DNA of 64,000 bases from Vermamoeba vermiformis. Its lineage: Eukaryota. The DNA lies in the NCBI GenBank assembly GCA_045837725.1, contig JBEWZL010000266.1:310001-374000 (forward strand). The letters run 5' to 3'. Of this stretch, positions 61,751 through 64,000 are shown piece after piece (position 1 is the stretch's first letter; every line of letters starts with the position of its first letter). The notes below the pieces were generated by a model. That model was not told where the DNA came from and did no database searches. It saw only the letters and a program-made list of their open reading frames with translations. The translations under genes and the position numbers were made by a program.

Positions 61751-63911
61751 TGAAAGGCTTCAGCAATACGCTATTTATATTGCTAATCTCGATCCTGATT
61801 TCGAGAGTAATTACGACGCTGGTTGTGGATGACGGAACTTCTCAAGTGACATATCGAGCCCCGTATATATATTGGGGGTTAACGTCATTTAATATTACTG
61901 CTGAATTAGTCGCATTAAATGAATACGACTCTTGCGAGTATATCGGAACAGATTTGACTGGCAAAATTGCAATTTCACCCTCGTACAAAGACTGTCCTGG
62001 TAGTGAAACTGAATTAGGCCTTGGAATTCGTTCGCAAAATATTCTCAATGCTAACGCGCAGGTAAATTCATAATTTAATTTTGATTTTTTTCGATCGAGC
62101 TAATTTAAGCTTTCAATCGTGTTGCGATTTGTTAGACTAAGACTCTTTGATATAGGGCGTTATATTCATTTTAAAGAACGATGAAGTCGAACGCAGCTTT
62201 GCTTCTGCTAACGTTCGATTTTTGCGACTGGATTTGGCGATCCTTTTGATTTCTTTTGACGTAAGTACATATAATGAATTCAATATAGGCAATACTAAAC
62301 TATTATAACTGTCGTTGATTACGATTAAATCGGCACCTGTCATTTAGACACGGGTGACAAGATTAACCCGGATCAGATGAACTAAATTTTATTAATTTAC
62401 GAATTCCTATTGAATAGGACGGGCAAAGCATTAACGAAACAGTACTATCGAGCAATAATACAGTCTACGGCACCATAATCTCGGGTATGTCTGAGAATGA
62501 AAGTTTATAAAAGTTGTCGCGCGAGTTTCGATCCAAATTTACACCTTAGATTCGATTCCATTAATGAATTTTGAATCAATTGCCTTAATAAGTGCATATA
62601 CATTATGTAAAGCATTAAACTAAGTAATTCTATTCTTACAGACGACATTCCAGTTTTGGATGTTGGACGAACTCCCTGGCACATTGTCTTAATGACGATT
62701 GGCTTAGCCTGCGACATATTAGCGTTAGTATGGACTGCAATTCAACTCAAATTCCACTATGGTTCTGATACTGCGCATATTTCAAGAACAGCCTTAATTT
62801 TGCTAATTATTGGATGCTTTTGTAAGTGACGTTCATTTCTCAGAATCGCTTAAATATATCGATATTGACTCTTAGTATCTATAGCACTAATAGTAGAGCG
62901 CACTTTGACGTTTGTTTACCTTTTCGGACCAACTTTTTATTTGGATCTGCTCACCGGTTTCATGGCTATGGGCATTATTTTGGTTACTTTTGCTTCAACA
63001 TTCATCGCACTATACTGGTAAGTATACTATCGTATCAATATAGTCCGTTCATTACTTAATTCTTGATTCTGAAGGAACACTTTGCTTTTCCCGCACAAAA
63101 AACGAACGCTCGAAAGCACGAAGATTTTTATTCCGCTGCTCTGCTTTTTCAGCGTAAGAATAGCATAGTATTACTACAATAAGCTAACATAATTATATTA
63201 TTAGGCCTTGGCTGTTATTTACATGGTTATGGAAGGACTTGGCATGTTGGCGTCAATTACAATTGTTGAGGGAATTTGCGTGGGCATATTAGGCGTAAGT
63301 AAATATGGTCCCATAGCTTCATATTAAGTTACTTACTATAATATGCTATCGATAGATTTTAGCGCTTTATTTCGTCATTAGTGGATTCCTTTTGTTCCGC
63401 ACGATGAAAACGTACTTTACGGCAGCTGTCAACAAGAAACAAATCGTTGAAAGAGTAAGTCCATTACAAAAATCATTAGTGCCCGACACCTTTTCGCATA
63501 ATCCCTATTATATACTCATACTCTATTCTTTCTAATTGAAATCCATGACCTCGAAGAACGGATCCGACAAATTTTTTCAGATTCATCACTGAGCTCATAG
63601 CAACATTAGTTTTTTCCTAAAGCTATTTCAGATAATAATACGCCCTTATTTTTTAGTTGAGAGTTAGTCTCGTGCTGGCGGGTATCAGCATGTTGTGCCT
63701 ACTTGTCGCCGTATTATTGGCCTCACCAGCACCCTATTTAGCCAACCAAGCGTACTACTGGCTCATTCGCGTGTTTATTAATTTGTTCGGTGCGTCGTCA
63801 GCCGCAGCACTAGCGTTCTTATTCAGAACCAGGTCCGCAAAACACCCTCGGTCATCAGCCGCTACCTCGAGTCAAAATCACTCGAAATCAACCGGTACAT
63901 CCGGCAATTAG
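61751..63911 (+). CDS. second PA-like ectodomain + multi-TM membrane protein; multi-exon
   Basis: Signal MKGFSNTLFILLISILISRV; FNITAELV..DSCE...DLTGKIAI (PA-like); TM exons (SRTALILLIIGCF, MGIILVTFASTFIALYW); Ser/Thr-rich tail like the 25381-27353 gene. Confidence 0.65.
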
Positions 63912-64000
63912 CACCAGTAAATTATTTATACTATTTGTACACTAAAATCCCTCGCATCGCGTGATTTGTTTACAGATCCCAAGCCAAAAGTTGACACGTG

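Noticed and set aside
1..64000. tRNA, rRNA, CRISPR arrays, prokaryotic operons or a giant-virus insertion
   Set aside because: None recognised. The bacterial-like domains carry spliceosomal introns and are interspersed with core eukaryotic genes, so contamination is unlikely.

Overview
This is AT-rich, intron-dense eukaryotic DNA with short GT-AG introns and the standard code. The gene content (MYRF/MrfA-like factor, hybrid histidine kinase, PA-domain multi-TM proteins) suggests an amoebozoan protist; that is inference. About 25 genes or gene relics could be reconstructed by hand. Conserved genes: DCTN3, a DCAF8/WDTC1-like WD40 protein, DRG1 head-to-head with GRP94, an NT5C-like HAD, MAEA/GID9 and an OGFOD2-like dioxygenase. 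Unusual fusions: a KHA/ubiquitin-like domain on a self-sufficient BM3-type P450-reductase; PX-C2-C2-LCAT; a 2H+EEP+poly(A) polymerase+MJ1316 RNA-end-processing protein; F-box plus a bacterial-type IDGHHK (ParB/Srx-like) domain; SUKH/SMI1 plus TPRs; and F-box plus UBR box. A degenerate Kolobok-type DNA transposon (TTAA TSD, ~27-bp TIRs) sits in an intron of a GPI-anchored surface-protein gene. There are also four copies of one F-box exon and several pseudogenes. Exon structures and family calls come from manual reading and remembered motifs, not from database searches.
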